From contig OZ024750.1 of NCBI GenBank assembly GCA_964016885.1, positions 9,114,001 through 9,178,000 of the forward strand: a DNA stretch of 64,000 nucleotides, read 5' to 3'. Below are positions 1 through 12,618 of the stretch, piece by piece; within the stretch, counting starts at the first letter, position 1, and the number at the start of each line of letters is the position of its first letter. The translations under genes and the position numbers were made by a program. The DNA comes from Eledone cirrhosa (lineage: Eukaryota). The notes under the pieces were generated by a model that saw nothing but the letters and a program-made list of their open reading frames with translations, was not told the DNA's origin and searched no databases.

Positions 1-58
1 TTTGGCTCATTAGAGCTAGTTCCGTAATAATTTCATCCAGAATTGCTCCATAGAAATG

Positions 59-1690
59 CCTCTTCCCTTGTCACCTACTGTCTCTCCCTGGGCCTTGCAC
101 TCACCATTATACCTAAACTTACTTATCTACCTCTTCCCTTGTCACATACTGTCTCTCCCTGGGCCTTGCACTCACCATTATACCTAAACTTACTTATCTA
201 CCTCTTCCCTTGTCACCTACTGTCTCTCCCTGGGCCTTGCACTCACCATTATACCTAAACTTACTTATCTACCTCTTCCCTTGTCACATACTATCTCTCC
301 CTGGGCCTTGCACTCACCATTATACCTAAACTTACTTATCTACCTCTTCCCTTGTCACATACTGTCTCTCCCTGGGCCTTGCACTCACCATTATACCTAA
401 ACTTACTTATCTACCTCTTCCCTTGTCACATACTATCTCTCCCTGGGCCTTGCACTCACCATTATACCTAAACTTACTTATCTACCTCTTCCCTTGTCAC
501 CTACTGTCTCTCCCTGGGCCTTGCACTCACCATTATACCTAAACTTACTTATCTACCTCTTCCCTTGTCACATACTATCTCTCCCTGGGCCGTGCACTCA
601 CCATTATACCTAAACTTACTTATCTACCTCTTCCCTTGTCACATACTATCTCTCCCTGGGCCTTGCACTCACCATTATACCTAAACTTACTTATCTACCT
701 CTTCCCTTGTCACCTACTGTCTCTCCCTGGGCCTTGCACTCACCATTATACCTAAACTTACTTATCTACCTCTTCCCTTGTCACATACTATCTCTCCCTG
801 GGCCTTGCACTCACCATTATACCTAAACTTACTTATCTACCTCTTCCCTTGTCACATACTGTCTCTCCCTGGGCCTTGCACTCACCATTATACCTAAACT
901 TACTTATCTACCTCTTCCCTTGTCACATACTGTCTCTCCCTGGGCCTTGCACTCACCATTATACCTAAACTTACTTATCTACCTCTTCCCTTGTCACATA
1001 CTATCTCTCCCTGGGCCTTGCACTCACCATTATACCTAAACTTACTTATCTACCTCTTCCCTTGTCACATACTATCTCTCCCTGGGCCTTGCACTCACCA
1101 TTATACCTAAACTTACTTATCTACCTCTTCCCTTGTCACATACTATCTCTCCCTGGGCCGTGCACTCACCATTATACCTAAACTTACTTATCTACCTCTT
1201 CCCTTGTCACATACTATCTCTCCCTGGGCCGTGCACTCACCATTATACCTAAACTTACTTATCTACCTCTTCCCTTGTCACATACTATCTCTCCCTGGGC
1301 CTTGCACTCACCATTATACCTAAACTTACTTATCTACCTCTTCCCTTGTCACATACTATCTCTCCCTGGGCCGTGCACTCACCATTATACCTAAACTTAC
1401 TTATCTACCTCTTCCCTTGTCACATACTATCTCTCCCTGGGCCTTGCACTCACCATTATACCTAAACTTACTTATCTACCTCTTCCCTTGTCACATACTA
1501 TCTCTCCCTGGGCCTTGCACTCACCATTATACCTAAACTTACTTATCTACCTCTTCCCTTGTCACCTACTATCTCTCCCTGGGCCGTGCACTCACCATTA
1601 TACCTAAACTTACTTATCTACCTCTTCCCTTGTCACATACTATCTCTCCCTGGGCCTTGCACTCACCATTATACCTAAACTTACTTATCC
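59..1690. repeat. 71-bp minisatellite, about 23 near-identical copies
   Basis: Unit tcttcccttgtcac(a/c)tact(g/a)tctctccctgggcc(t/g)tgcactcaccattatacctaaacttacttatctacc recurs at 61, 132, ... with essentially three variable positions. Confidence 0.97.
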
Positions 1691-3654
1691 ACCTCCCTAT
1701 CCATGTTCATCAGATGTTATCTCACACATGTTCAAACTGAACATCAATTATATTGATTTCCCCAGTGTGTGTTTGCATATGTCACAGATACAGTCTGCAG
1801 ACAAAGTTCTAAAACACAAAAACAATATCAACTGGAAGAAAACTGTTATGAAAATGTATCTCATCTTTATGAGAATAAAAGCAGGTGTTAAAATAGAAAC
1901 TATGGATGTTTATATAAAAAAAACCCATTAACTTTTAATATGATACAATACTGCTCTCATTTTAAAGTATTAATATTTAAATTTTATCTTCCATCATAAT
2001 TTTACTTATTCTCTTGTTTTATTGCGTGTTTCAGCCGACATGCTGAGGCCATGCTGGGGCACTGCCATTTAAGAACTTTTTGTTAAATAGTGTTTCAAAC
2101 ATCAGTTTGATAGTGGCTAAGTTAAGCTATGTTACTAAATTGTAGACTGTACTAAATGTTTCATTATAAATATGGTAAAAAAAGGTTAAAAGTACATTTT
2201 AGTTAATGTGGTTCTTTTCAGACTTTGACATATTATTGTATAGTACTATGTCAATTCTGATTGAGCAGAATTATAATCAAAGGCCAATTGTGTCTTTGTT
2301 CTCCAGATATAGTGTATTGTACACTGTAGTGTCTTAGAGTGATTTGGTGGTTATTTCTAGCTGTTTTAGCGACCACATAGAAGATCCATTGGTTATCTTT
2401 GTACCTCCATATGATATTGTTACACCTGTCATTGGGTGTATCACCACCCACCACCTATCGACAGTATTATTCCAGCTTTGGGATAATTTAAGATTATATT
2501 TATATATGTATATATATGGAGAAGATATATATATATATAAATAGTCAGAACCCGACAGCTGAGCTCCTGCTGCTTCAATAGCTGGTTCCAGTGTGTGTGT
2601 GGGGAAGATTCATCATTATTTTATTTTATTTTTTTGCCATGTTGGCATGAACTATATATATATATTTATATATTTATACTCATATATATTTATATACATA
2701 TATATTTATTTATTTATACTCATTTTATCTCCATATTCTCTGCTAGCAAGTATTAGATGGGTTGTCATATCGACGGGGTATTAAACAACCCATTTGTGGC
2801 GCCTCCCCCCTATTGGGGATTTCGATTGTTGAAATTGTTTGTTTTTATATTTTTTTACACGACTGTATGTAAAATCCCCGGCATGTCTTTGTATTGTCCC
2901 CTTTCTTGTTGCGCCCTTGTGGCTAATGAAGAAATCAATATTTAGTAGGGACTACAGACCTTTGATGAGCCAGGGAGGCCACATTTTGCTTACATATGTT
3001 TTAGCATTCTACAAAGTGTAATGAGTGCATTTTATCATGGCACCAGCACCAGGGAGGTTGTCATGACTGAAGAGTTGCTGGCTTACATGCTTGTTACTTG
3101 AGGCACTGTTTGTCACTTGAGACGTTTTCTGTTAGGAAAAATTGTTTGTGAACCGAGGTTCCACTCTACTAATTCTTTGATATATTGCAGTTGTTGTTTG
3201 ACATAGAGGATAGGGTGAACTGTATGTAATTACTTCTTGGTTAATAGGGCAACTGTGAGAATAAGTATGTTGATTTCTGCCGCTTAAATTATTACTACTC
3301 TATTACATTATCGTAGGAGAGAGAGAGAGAAAACAAAATTAGTGTTGTTTTAATTAGCAAGTGTAAAGGCAAAGAATGAATGAAGGTGTATCTGATGCCA
3401 TGTCATATTCAACATTCAGTCTGACAAATGTTTGGCTAGTATGTTAAAACTACTCCAGCTAAGGAAACAACAAGCTCACAGTTATTGAGCAATGGATATA
3501 ATAGTAACAGCTGGACTTCTCTGGTATACTAACAGTTAATATTTACAATTAGTTGACCAAATGTCTAGGCTCCCTTTAATAAGAGAAGTAATTATGGTGT
3601 TTTTTTTTTATTGTTGTATGTTGTATGTTTTTTCTCATTAATCTTTATATATAT

Positions 3655-3890
3655 ATATCATCATCATCATCATCATACGTCCGCTTTTCCCTGCTTACAA
3701 GGGTTGGACGAGTCCTATTCAGCACAGCATCTCTCCACTTGTCACGGTCCTTCATTATCTCCTCGGTGAGTTTCAGCGATCTGAGGTCTGCTCCTGCTCT
3801 CACCACCTCTGCCCATGTTTTTCGTGGTCTACCTCCACTGGGATTTCTTGGCACTTCTTTATCCAGCGGTCATCCTCCATGCGCATCACA
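3655..3890 (-). mobile_element. RTE-clade LINE 3' fragment with (GAT)n tail
   Basis: Translation GRPRKTWAEVVR..DLRSLKLTEEIMKDRDKWRDAV is an RTE ORF C-terminus, followed by a ccaaccc...aaaagcggacgt(atg)n tail. Confidence 0.8.
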
Positions 3891-4236
3891 TGTCTATATA
3901 TATATATATATTCTTTATTATTATTTTCATGGGTCAAAGAAAAAGATGATCTGTATGTCAGGAACATCAATGGAAATTGATCCCTATTGTTGTTATTCTT
4001 ATTATTAGTTCGTGTTTGGAGTATAACTTAAAGGTTGGGGGAGAGAGATATAGTAATATAACTTTTTATTATTAAGTTGGTGTTTGGAGTATAACTTAAC
4101 AAAGGTTCTTACATAGAATTGCAATGGAAGGTTTTTAGATAAATATAAATGCTTTAAAACAAAGTTTTCTTTTGCAAACGGGTCTGATTCAGTATCATGT
4201 TTACAATATTTGTATTGTGATGAAATGAAAAATAAT

Positions 4237-4421
4237 TGTTTCTACTTTTGGCACAAGGCCAGCAACTATCTCAGTGTATTACTGGTACTTTATTTTATCG
4301 ACCCCGTAAGGATAAAAGGCAAAGTTAACCTCGGCGAGATTTGAACTCGGATCATAAAGGGCCGTAACTCTTTTGCTGTAAAGCATGGCGTCCGACCCCC
4401 TACCGATAATGCCAATCCGCC
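4237..4421 (-). mobile_element. tRNA-derived SINE (family 1, short form) with target-site duplication
   Basis: A-box tggcatta..gg and B-box gagttcaaatc on the minus strand, central gttaactttgccttt-atccttacggggtcgataaaataaagtacc. gatgaaatgaaaaataat duplicated at ~4219 and ~4422. A second partial copy at 4440-4495. Confidence 0.85.
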
Positions 4422-5074
4422 GATGAAATGAAAAATAATTGTTTCTACTTTAGGCACAAGGCCAGCAAATACCAGTACATTACTGGTACTTTACTACTGA
4501 AATGAAAAATAATATCCACTTAGATGTAAAACAACAAACTTTAAAGGTCTCAGAATTATAGTCAAGCACATACACACATATACATATGCACAGACACACA
4601 CTCCACACACTCATACATGCACACAATCGCACCCTTTCTTCCCTTATTCTCATTTTATCTCATCCTGTCTACCCCCATTCTATATCCTATGTCCCCTCTC
4701 ATGGGCTCTCACCTTCTCTTGACCCCTTCCCTTTTCAACCACTTTTGCAACCAGTCACTCTCACTCATCTCCCCCAACTCTTTCATACCCCCCCCCCCCC
4801 TCACTCATTCTCTCACTTGCCCACTAGTTTTCAGCCTCCCACCACTTCCTTATCCACTCTTCCTCTCTGTTTCACTTTTATAATATAACTGTTTGTTCTA
4901 TTTTAATTTAATTATATCAAGTGAGGTGCTTAACTAATATAACCAATGAGCTAATGAGGAAGGCTTTATGTAATAGTACAACTTGCTAGAAACAGCAGCC
5001 AAATCTTCATCTCCTCTTTCTATTAGAAAAAGGGTTGAAAGAATGCATTTGATAATGTTGTCAAAGCCCCCTAA

Positions 5075-5283
5075 AACACAACACATCAACACAACTGACT
5101 AAAAACAACAATTTCTAGCTAAGGTTTTATTACAGACCACCAGAGACCACCAGGGGGAGCTACACAACATATCAACACTACTAAAAACAATTTCTAGCTA
5201 AGGTTTATTACAGACCATCAGAGACAGCTATACAACATAACACTACTAAAAACAATTTCTCGCTAACGTTTTATTACAGACCA
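5075..5283. repeat. Three degenerate tandem copies of a ~70-90 bp unit
   Basis: ctaaaaacaatttctagctaaggtttattacagacca repeated three times. Confidence 0.75.
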
Positions 5284-5594
5284 ATTGATGTGAATTGTTA
5301 ACTACCAAATTATGACTAATTATCATCCATGTAATGTACTAATTTTAGCATTCACATTTTAGTATAAAGAATGCCAACAATTTTCTCATTCAACTATTTT
5401 CCCTTTGACTTATTTTTTGTTTTTGTATCTTTTGTGTATTTCTTTATATTTTGTTTTTTTATTACTGGAGGCAAGTAAGAAATTGCTTAAAACCAAATTA
5501 CTTAATGCCATAGAAAACAAAGTGTGTATTTAAGTGATGGAAATGAAAACAGGAAGAGTCTACCTGATATTCCATCAATATAATTTCTCCTTCT

Positions 5595-5745
5595 TCGCCC
5601 ACTTATTCCTGAGAAGGTCATGGGAGCAGAGTCCTCAAACATTCCTTCTAGCAGCAACTGTCAGAAGCAACTGTCTCCAACTGATCTGGCTGGATCCCCA
5701 AGCGAGACCAGCCAAGCTCAATGACGTCAGATATTATTTTGAATA
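5595..5745 (-). mobile_element. Expander/Rex3-like RTE LINE 3' fragment
   Basis: Minus-strand translation DVIELGWSRLGIQPDQLETVASD resembles recalled Rex3/Expander LAWERLGIPPEEL. Shares its 3' end with 20745-21010. Confidence 0.6.
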
Positions 5746-5766
5746 TATAAAGATGGGATTTCTTGT

Positions 5767-5982
5767 TTAACCCTTTAATGTTCAAACCGGCCAAATCTTT
5801 ACCTTTTTCTGTTGAAACTGGCTGTAATTGGTCACTCAAACTGATGTTAAGGTATTGTTCTCAAAATAAATACTTTCAAAATCTCGTAGATTTGATATTA
5901 TGTGAGATAATTATGCGAGGTAAAGCCTTTACCATGAAAATATAATAGTATATATAGAGTAATGTGAATGCTAAAGGGTTAA
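5767..5982 (+). mobile_element. piggyBac-type non-autonomous MITE (family M1)
   Basis: TTAA-CCCTTTA...TGCTAAAGGG-TTAA. Internal sequence shared with the 38487-38715 copy. Confidence 0.85.
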
Positions 5983-6924
5983 AGAAAATTTCTTTTGACA
6001 AGGAACAATGATATATATATATATATATTTTTGGGTGGGTGGGTGGGGTGTATATCTAATGAAATACTCTCTATTTTAATTAATTTATGAAGAATTTTGA
6101 GGGATTTACTAAAATTATTTCATTAAGATAGTAAACTCAATGTAATGTTCTTATATAAAATTGTTAGGTTTTAATTTAAATTGGCAACCTTTAAAATGGG
6201 GTGTTTTATTTCATAGTTGGTTTTCATAGGGTTGGTAACTAAAGGTTTAAAATATGTATTATAAGAGGTGACTAAAAGGGTTGGCACTAGAAAGGACATC
6301 CAGCCATAAAACATTGCTCCCCAAAAGACCCAAATATGAGTATGAAACCTGACATGAGGCTGACAAGGTTAATCCCTTCTTTGAGGGGGGGGGGGGGATT
6401 GTCTTAAATTGCTATTCATTTGTTTTCTGTAAATGATAACCAAAGTCCTAGGAAATTAGTTGTGATCTGAATCATAAATTTTACAACTATTTATTTTTTA
6501 TGCTTGCAAGGGTTGGATGAGTTATCTCCTTTGCAAGGTTCAGTTTTCACCATTTTTGCCCAATCAAACTGGTATTTCTTTTATTAACCCATTATATTTT
6601 GAGAAAAAAAATCTTTATTTATATTTGAAATTGGAGCATTGAGGAAAGAGCTTAAGTACATCTAAGCATCTAATTCTCCAAAACTATTTTTGCTGCAAAA
6701 TCATTATTGATTTCAAATTTATAGCAGATATTGTATGATGTTCCTGGTTTTCTCACGTAAAAGAATAAAATAGTTATCTCCAGAATTAGTATAATAGATA
6801 GTTAAATTGTTCCCTTCTCGTATTGATTTTCTAGAAAGGAAGGAAGTAAAAGTTGTGGTTACATTCATATCTTTCCCCATCAGTTTAATGGTGTAAGTGA
6901 AGAGAAATAGTTATATTTGGACTG

Positions 6925-7655
6925 TTAAATTGTAGTAACAACCAACACTAAATCATAGTAACACCTACCAACACTGTGGGAGCACCAAGCAACACTAAAT
7001 TGTAGTAACAACAACCAGCCAACACTAAATTGAGGTGACACCAGCCAACACTAAATTGAGGTGACACCAGCCAACACTAAATTGAGGTGACACCAGCCAA
7101 CACTAAATTGAGGTGACTCCAACCAACACTAAATTGAGGTGACTCCAACCAACACTAAATTGAGGTGACTCCAACCAACACTAAATTGAGGTGACACCAA
7201 CCAACACTAAATTGAGGTGACACCAACCAACACTAAATTGAGGTGACTCCAACCAACACTAAATTGAGGTGACTCCAACCAACACTAAATTGAGGTGACT
7301 CCAACCAACACTAAATTGAGGTGACTCCAACCAACACTAAATTGAGGTGACTCCAACCAACACTAAATTGAGGTGACTCCAACCAACACTAAATTGAGGT
7401 GACTCCAACCAACACTAAATTGAGGTGACACTAACCAACACTAAATTGAGGTGACTCCAACCAACACTAAATTGAGGTGACTCCAACCAACACTAAATTG
7501 AGGTGACTCCAACCAACACTAAATTGAGGTGACTCCAACCAACACTAAATTGAGGTGACTCCAACCAACACTAAATTGAGGTGACTCCAACCAACACTAA
7601 ATTGAGGTGACACCAACCAACACTAAATTGTAGTAACAATAACCAACACTAAATT
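6925..7655. repeat. 26-bp minisatellite, about 23 core copies with degenerate flanks
   Basis: Unit aacactaaattgaggtgac(t/a)cca(a/g)cc from 7021 to about 7630. Confidence 0.97.
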
Positions 7656-7699
7656 TTGAAAATAATCAAGAATTTGGAGAGATTTAGTAATACAGCCAT

Positions 7700-7890
7700 C
7701 ATCGGTGGATTGACTATCGATAGAGCGTGGGACACCATGGTTCGCAGTATAGACTTATAGTCCTTTATGTTCTGAGTTCAAATCCTCCTGAGAACAGCTT
7801 TGCCTTTCATCCTTACGGGGTCAATAAAATAAAGTACCAGTAATGCATTGGGGTTAATTTAATCGACTTACCCCTTTGTTGAAACAATTA
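7700..7890 (+). mobile_element. SINE family 1 copy nested in a second TTAA-type MITE (about 7655-8039)
   Basis: gagttcaaatc B box and central domain. The downstream flank ends ttggtatcaaaagggttaa and matches 20235-20525 and 6050-6250. Confidence 0.65.
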
Positions 7891-8324
7891 AGTATTTGAA
7901 ATATAAGGTAACAAAATTTTCTAACATAAAATTATTTTGGAAGGTTTTAGATAAATATAAACACTTTAAAGCAAACAGTTTTGTATCTTAAAACCAGGGT
8001 TTAGTTTCAAGGGGTTTAGTTTGGTATCAAAAGGGTTAAGATATAATTTGTAAACTGGCAAAGCTAAGTTTAATCCCTGCTGTGAACCTGGAGAATCCAT
8101 TTCAGCATCCAGTCTCTCAGTTCTGTGTCTTCCCATTGTCTCTCTTGGCTTACCTTGACATTAGATCCACATTGTAATTCTGATGTCAAGCTGCATGTGA
8201 CAGCTGGTTGGTTAAATAATAAAATAACATTCTCTCTTCTCTTCTGTGTTGGTTATGTGATATGTCAGTTTGTCATTTCAATTTGTTGTCAACACTGCAT
8301 ATCATCTTGTAGTATTGTTTGTCC

Positions 8325-8373
8325 CCCCCCCTCTCTCTTTCTCTCTCCCTTTCTCTCTCTTTCTCTCTCCCTT

Positions 8374-8442
<69 letters not shown>

Positions 8443-8456
8443 TCTCTCTCTCTCTT

Positions 8457-8493
<37 letters not shown>

Positions 8494-8520
8494 AGCTCTC
8501 TCTCTCTCACTATATATATC
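8325..8520. repeat. (CT)n microsatellite
   Basis: Direct inspection. Confidence 0.95.
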
Positions 8521-8835
8521 TTGTTCTCTCTCATATTATAGCATTCTTTTACTGGTTTCACTTAACTGCAGCCATACTGGAGCATTACCTTCAAACAATT
8601 CAGTCAATCATATCAAACACACCACTTATTTTCAAATCTGTCCATATTTTATCAATCTTTATTTGACGAACCACTAAGTTCTGGGACATAAAAGTAAATG
8701 TATAAATACATACACACACACATTTAATTATTTTATATCTTTGTGTTTTGTTATCATTTATGTTTAGTGCTAAAATAAGACATCATAATTGTTGTTGTTG
8801 TTATTGTTATTGATGTTGTTGTTGTTGTATTCCAG

Positions 8836-8911
8836 GAGAATTGTAATCATGCAAAGAATGGTGCCCATATAAAAGCCTTAAAAAAAGCATCAGAATTGCA
8901 GAAAAAGATTG
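8836..8911 (+). CDS. FAM219A: FAM219-family gene, first detected coding exon (ENCNHAKNGAHIKALKKASELQKKI-E)
   Basis: ttccAG acceptor at 8834-8835 and GTAAGT donor at 8912. 76 nt, phase 0 to 1. KASELQKKIE matches recalled FAM219A KPSPLQVKLE. Splices in frame to the next exon. Confidence 0.85.
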
Positions 8912-9526
8912 GTAAGTACTTAAGTGATTGTTTCATTGTGAAATTTGATTAGTTCATTTGATTCATTGGTATAATTTGACTTGTCCATTTGGAAGTGAAA
9001 CCTGTCAGTCATTCTTAGCAATTGATTTTCTATTTTCCAATACTGACTCACCAGATAAATGAGCCACTGCTTGGCAATGGCCCCATCCCTTCACCATCAA
9101 TGATGCTTTGGGATCACTGGCTTAGGATAACCCTGGCCTCGTTGAGCAATAGTAAGAAGATAGGAAGAATATTGACTCAAGTCTTATGCATGAGTTCTTG
9201 TATATATTTCATATACAAGACAAAATTAGGAGCACAGGCCTGGCCCTGTGGTTGAGAAGTTTTATTCACAATCACATGGTTTGGGCTTTGATTCGTTTGT
9301 GCAGAATATTGAGCAAATAACTGCTAACTTCTGCTCTAGCTTGGAGTTGTGAAATTTGTTAGAGACTTTGTGGAAGCCTGATATCTGTCTATTGAATATA
9401 TATCATCATCATCGTCGTCATTTTTATGTCCAAATTTCCATGCTGGCATGGGTTGGACAGGATGTTTTGAGGTAATGTTTTAAAACCAGATGATCTTCCT
9501 GACAACTTATTTAGTTGCCTTTTATG

Positions 9527-9575
<49 letters not shown>

Positions 9576-9737
9576 CAGACAGAGAAAGAGAGAGAACTAG
9601 AGATAATAAAGCCAAGGTATGTATGTTAAAAGAAATAGATTTAAAATTAAATATTTACTAACTCAGCTGTGAATTCAGATATTTCAAAGATGTACCTTCT
9701 ACTATATATATATGTGTATGTTTGTTTGTGTGTGTGT

Positions 9738-9920
9738 ACGGACGAAAAAAAGAGTACCCAATACTGAAGTAGCTTAAATATCCATTTATTATGGCTAAGT
9801 AGTGAGTCTTGTTACTCTGGAGTTTCACCTGCACATTCACAGTCTTGTCTATTGATCTTGTGATTGTGCAGGTGAAACAACAGAGTAACAAGACTCACTA
9901 CTTAGCCATAATAAATGAAT
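9738..9920 (-). mobile_element. Divergent hairpin-plus-tail element (inverted repeat 9783-9917)
   Basis: ~59-bp arms with 3 mismatches, GTTTC/GAAAC core, gagtacccaatac tail, (TG)n flanks. Confidence 0.55.
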
Positions 9921-11619
9921 CTATACATATTTGTGTGTGTGTGTGTGTGTGGTTAAGATGTAATTTGAATAGTTTGTCTTTGAGCTGTCTCGGTATAGAG
10001 GTTGGTACTGGTGTGGGGTGGCACTGGTGTGGGGTGGCACAGTGTGTGAAATTATATCCATTTCTTTGGAAATTGGCTTCATCATTCACCCAGGAAAACC
10101 AATTCAATTCTATTTATCCTGTGTGATTTCCATTATTTGTCTCTCTGTCAGTCAGTAGGTCTGTCTATGTATTTTTCATGTTAGCATGGGAAACTGATGT
10201 TAATTGGTGATGATGGTGTGATGGTGGTGGTGGTGGTGGTGGTGTGTGTGTGCGTGTGTGTATGTGTGTTAGAAGTTACACACATTAACCGGAACACTAA
10301 TAAACCAGTACATCAAACAAAACTACATCGTATTTATATTTCTCCAGAGTTTCATGACGCTACCCTTGTCACTATTAACATAACAAATGTAATAAGAAGA
10401 AACTTCTAACCAAAATGTATGACATAAAATATAAATAAATATGGCTAACATGAAAACTTTCCCAGTTTATCTCTCCATAGTCAACTTCTGTTTACACTTA
10501 CCTATATGTTGGTCAAACCAATAAGTGAGCCTATAAGTGGACGGTTTATCTGCTAGAAATAGGTGTTGAATTAATGAAATTGTGAGAGTGTCGGATGAGA
10601 CACTTTGCAGTATCTTTGAATTCTATCTTCTTGGATGGTGGGTTTTATTGTTACCCAGTTTAACACCACAACTTGGAGGTATGTTTAGCAATGTTCACTC
10701 TATTGCAAGTATTTGGTCAAGATCTCCACTGAGGATAAATTCCTTTCCTCCTCCCAAGTCTTCAGCGTCTTGATACAGAAATGTTTCAAAGTGTTCATAT
10801 TTATCTAGAAACTTTGCATCATAATTATATTCAAAATTATTTGAAAATTATAGGTGGTCTCCTTTGTTAAAAATATGGTAATGAAAAACTTAATGTGGGA
10901 TGTGTTGTAAACCACCAGCAACCACAGGTGGCCAGCGCATCGGGCCCCCATTTGCTCATAATAGTGAGAGATTGGGGCAGCGAGAGAGACGGAGGCAGTG
11001 ACAGTGGGAGTTTGGTTCCTTTGTGTATATGTTTCACAGACACGCACTCTCACTGATACAGACAGCTTGTAATCAAAACCAGAGTTTGGATCCAATGGTA
11101 AAGTGGTGTAAGACAATTAGAAGTGTCAAATTTGAAAATATACTACAGTACTAGAGTGGCTTCTACAACTCACAGCTGTGGTTAAACTAATCACAGCAAG
11201 GTTCTGACACCTTAGGCTATTTTACTCTACAACTTCAGTATAAAAATAAAAACAATTATTCATTTGTTTTTCTCCAATCTCTTTCAATGTGTAAAAATAG
11301 AAAGTTATTTTTTAATTTAATTCTAAAAACAGACATGTTTCATCAACTTTTAAGATTAAAAAACAAAATAGAAAAATGAGAGATTAAATTATCAGTTTTG
11401 TGTTTTATTACCCAAGAGGAAAATAGCTTAATTTTAATAGAACTGACTTGTTTGTTAATACAAGAGCAGTTGCATAAATATTGTTAAAGATGTAACTAAA
11501 CATTTAATTTCACTCCATTTGTTTCTATAACAATGTGTATTGATTAATGACAGTATTTTAAGGTTGTTAATGTAAAACTGCATTTGTGAGTTTTATATTG
11601 AATAATAATAATAATAATA

Positions 11620-11790
11620 ATTGTTTCTGCTTTTGGCACAAGGCCAGCAATTACCCCAGTGCATTACTGGTGCTTTATTTTATCGATCCTGTAAGGATGA
11701 AAGGCAAAGTTAAGTTTGGCGGGATTTGAACTCAGGGCGTAAAGGGCCATAACTCTATGCTGCAAAGCATGGTGTCCGACGCTCTACCGA
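11620..11790 (-). mobile_element. SINE family 1
   Basis: Same central domain and B box, (TAA)n tail. Confidence 0.85.
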
Positions 11791-11967
11791 TATTGTTGAT
11801 ATGTGTGCAAGTAAACAGCCTCATTACACTGTCTTTTATATGTCCATCACCATCCTTTGTCACCGCTAGAAGAAAAGGATGATAATGGTCATCTAAAAAA
11901 CATATCGTAATGAGGCTGTTTGCTTGCAAATGAATCAAATATTATTATTATTCGATAATCTGATAAA

Positions 11968-12190
11968 GGGCGGTGGAGGGTCGGACGCCATGCTTTGCAG
12001 CATAGAGTTATGACCTTTTATGATCTGAGTTCAAATGCCGCCAAGGTTAACTTTGCCTTTCATCCTTACAGGGTCGATAAAATAAAGTACCAGTCACGCA
12101 TTGGGGTTGATTTAATCGACCCCCCCCCCCCCAACACACACACAAAAAAAAATTGCTAGCCTTGTACCTATAGTAGAAACCATTATTATT
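11968..12190 (+). mobile_element. SINE family 1, long form
   Basis: Same domain plus a ttgatttaatcgac-poly(C) insert. Confidence 0.85.
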
Positions 12191-12536
12191 TGATAACCTG
12201 AGTTGAAGAATATGTTTTAGTTACACCCCCTTAGAGATGAGAAATATATTGCCATGATATCTGTTGCTTCCTCAGACATGATGGTGATCATTATGAAATG
12301 GAATCTGTCTGTTAGTGACTGGTATGTTCTATATTACAGGCAGTAGTGCTCTGGTTCATGGCTGATGTGACAACACTGACACTGGAAAATCTGTAACAAT
12401 ATATAGTGTCTCAGAAGAACCTCTATATTTCCCCATTTGGCATCTAGTTTACTTTGAAATTTTTTCATGTTTTTTGTTTGTTTGTTTGTTTTTATACTTT
12501 TCCTTTTGTATTTTTTCTATTTTTATTGTTTTATAG

Positions 12537-12618
12537 AAAGGCAAAGAGATGCATCTCGAAAAGTACAAAATTTTGCAATTGACCAACAACCAAAACGATC
12601 ATTCTTGGCACGGAATAG
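12537..12618 (+). CDS. FAM219A: FAM219-family coding exon (E-RQRDASRKVQNFAIDQQPKRSFLARN-R)
   Basis: Long polypyrimidine tract plus tAG, GTAAGT donor at 12619. 82 nt, phase 1 to 2. Matches recalled EKQRELARK...NQQPKKNNVMARTR. Confidence 0.9.

Noticed and set aside
59-1690. CRISPR array or coding repeat
   Set aside because: No spacers. The unit length of 71 is not a multiple of 3 and the frames contain stops
7021-7630. CRISPR-like array
   Set aside because: Head-to-tail 26-bp units with no unique spacers, eukaryotic context and no cas genes
1-8835. First (ATG-containing) exon of the FAM219 gene
   Set aside because: No convincing ATG exon with a phase-0 donor was identified. It probably lies upstream of the window
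10915-10940. CTCF site (accacaggtggcca)
   Set aside because: Only a partial match to the CCASYAGRKGGC core, not supportable
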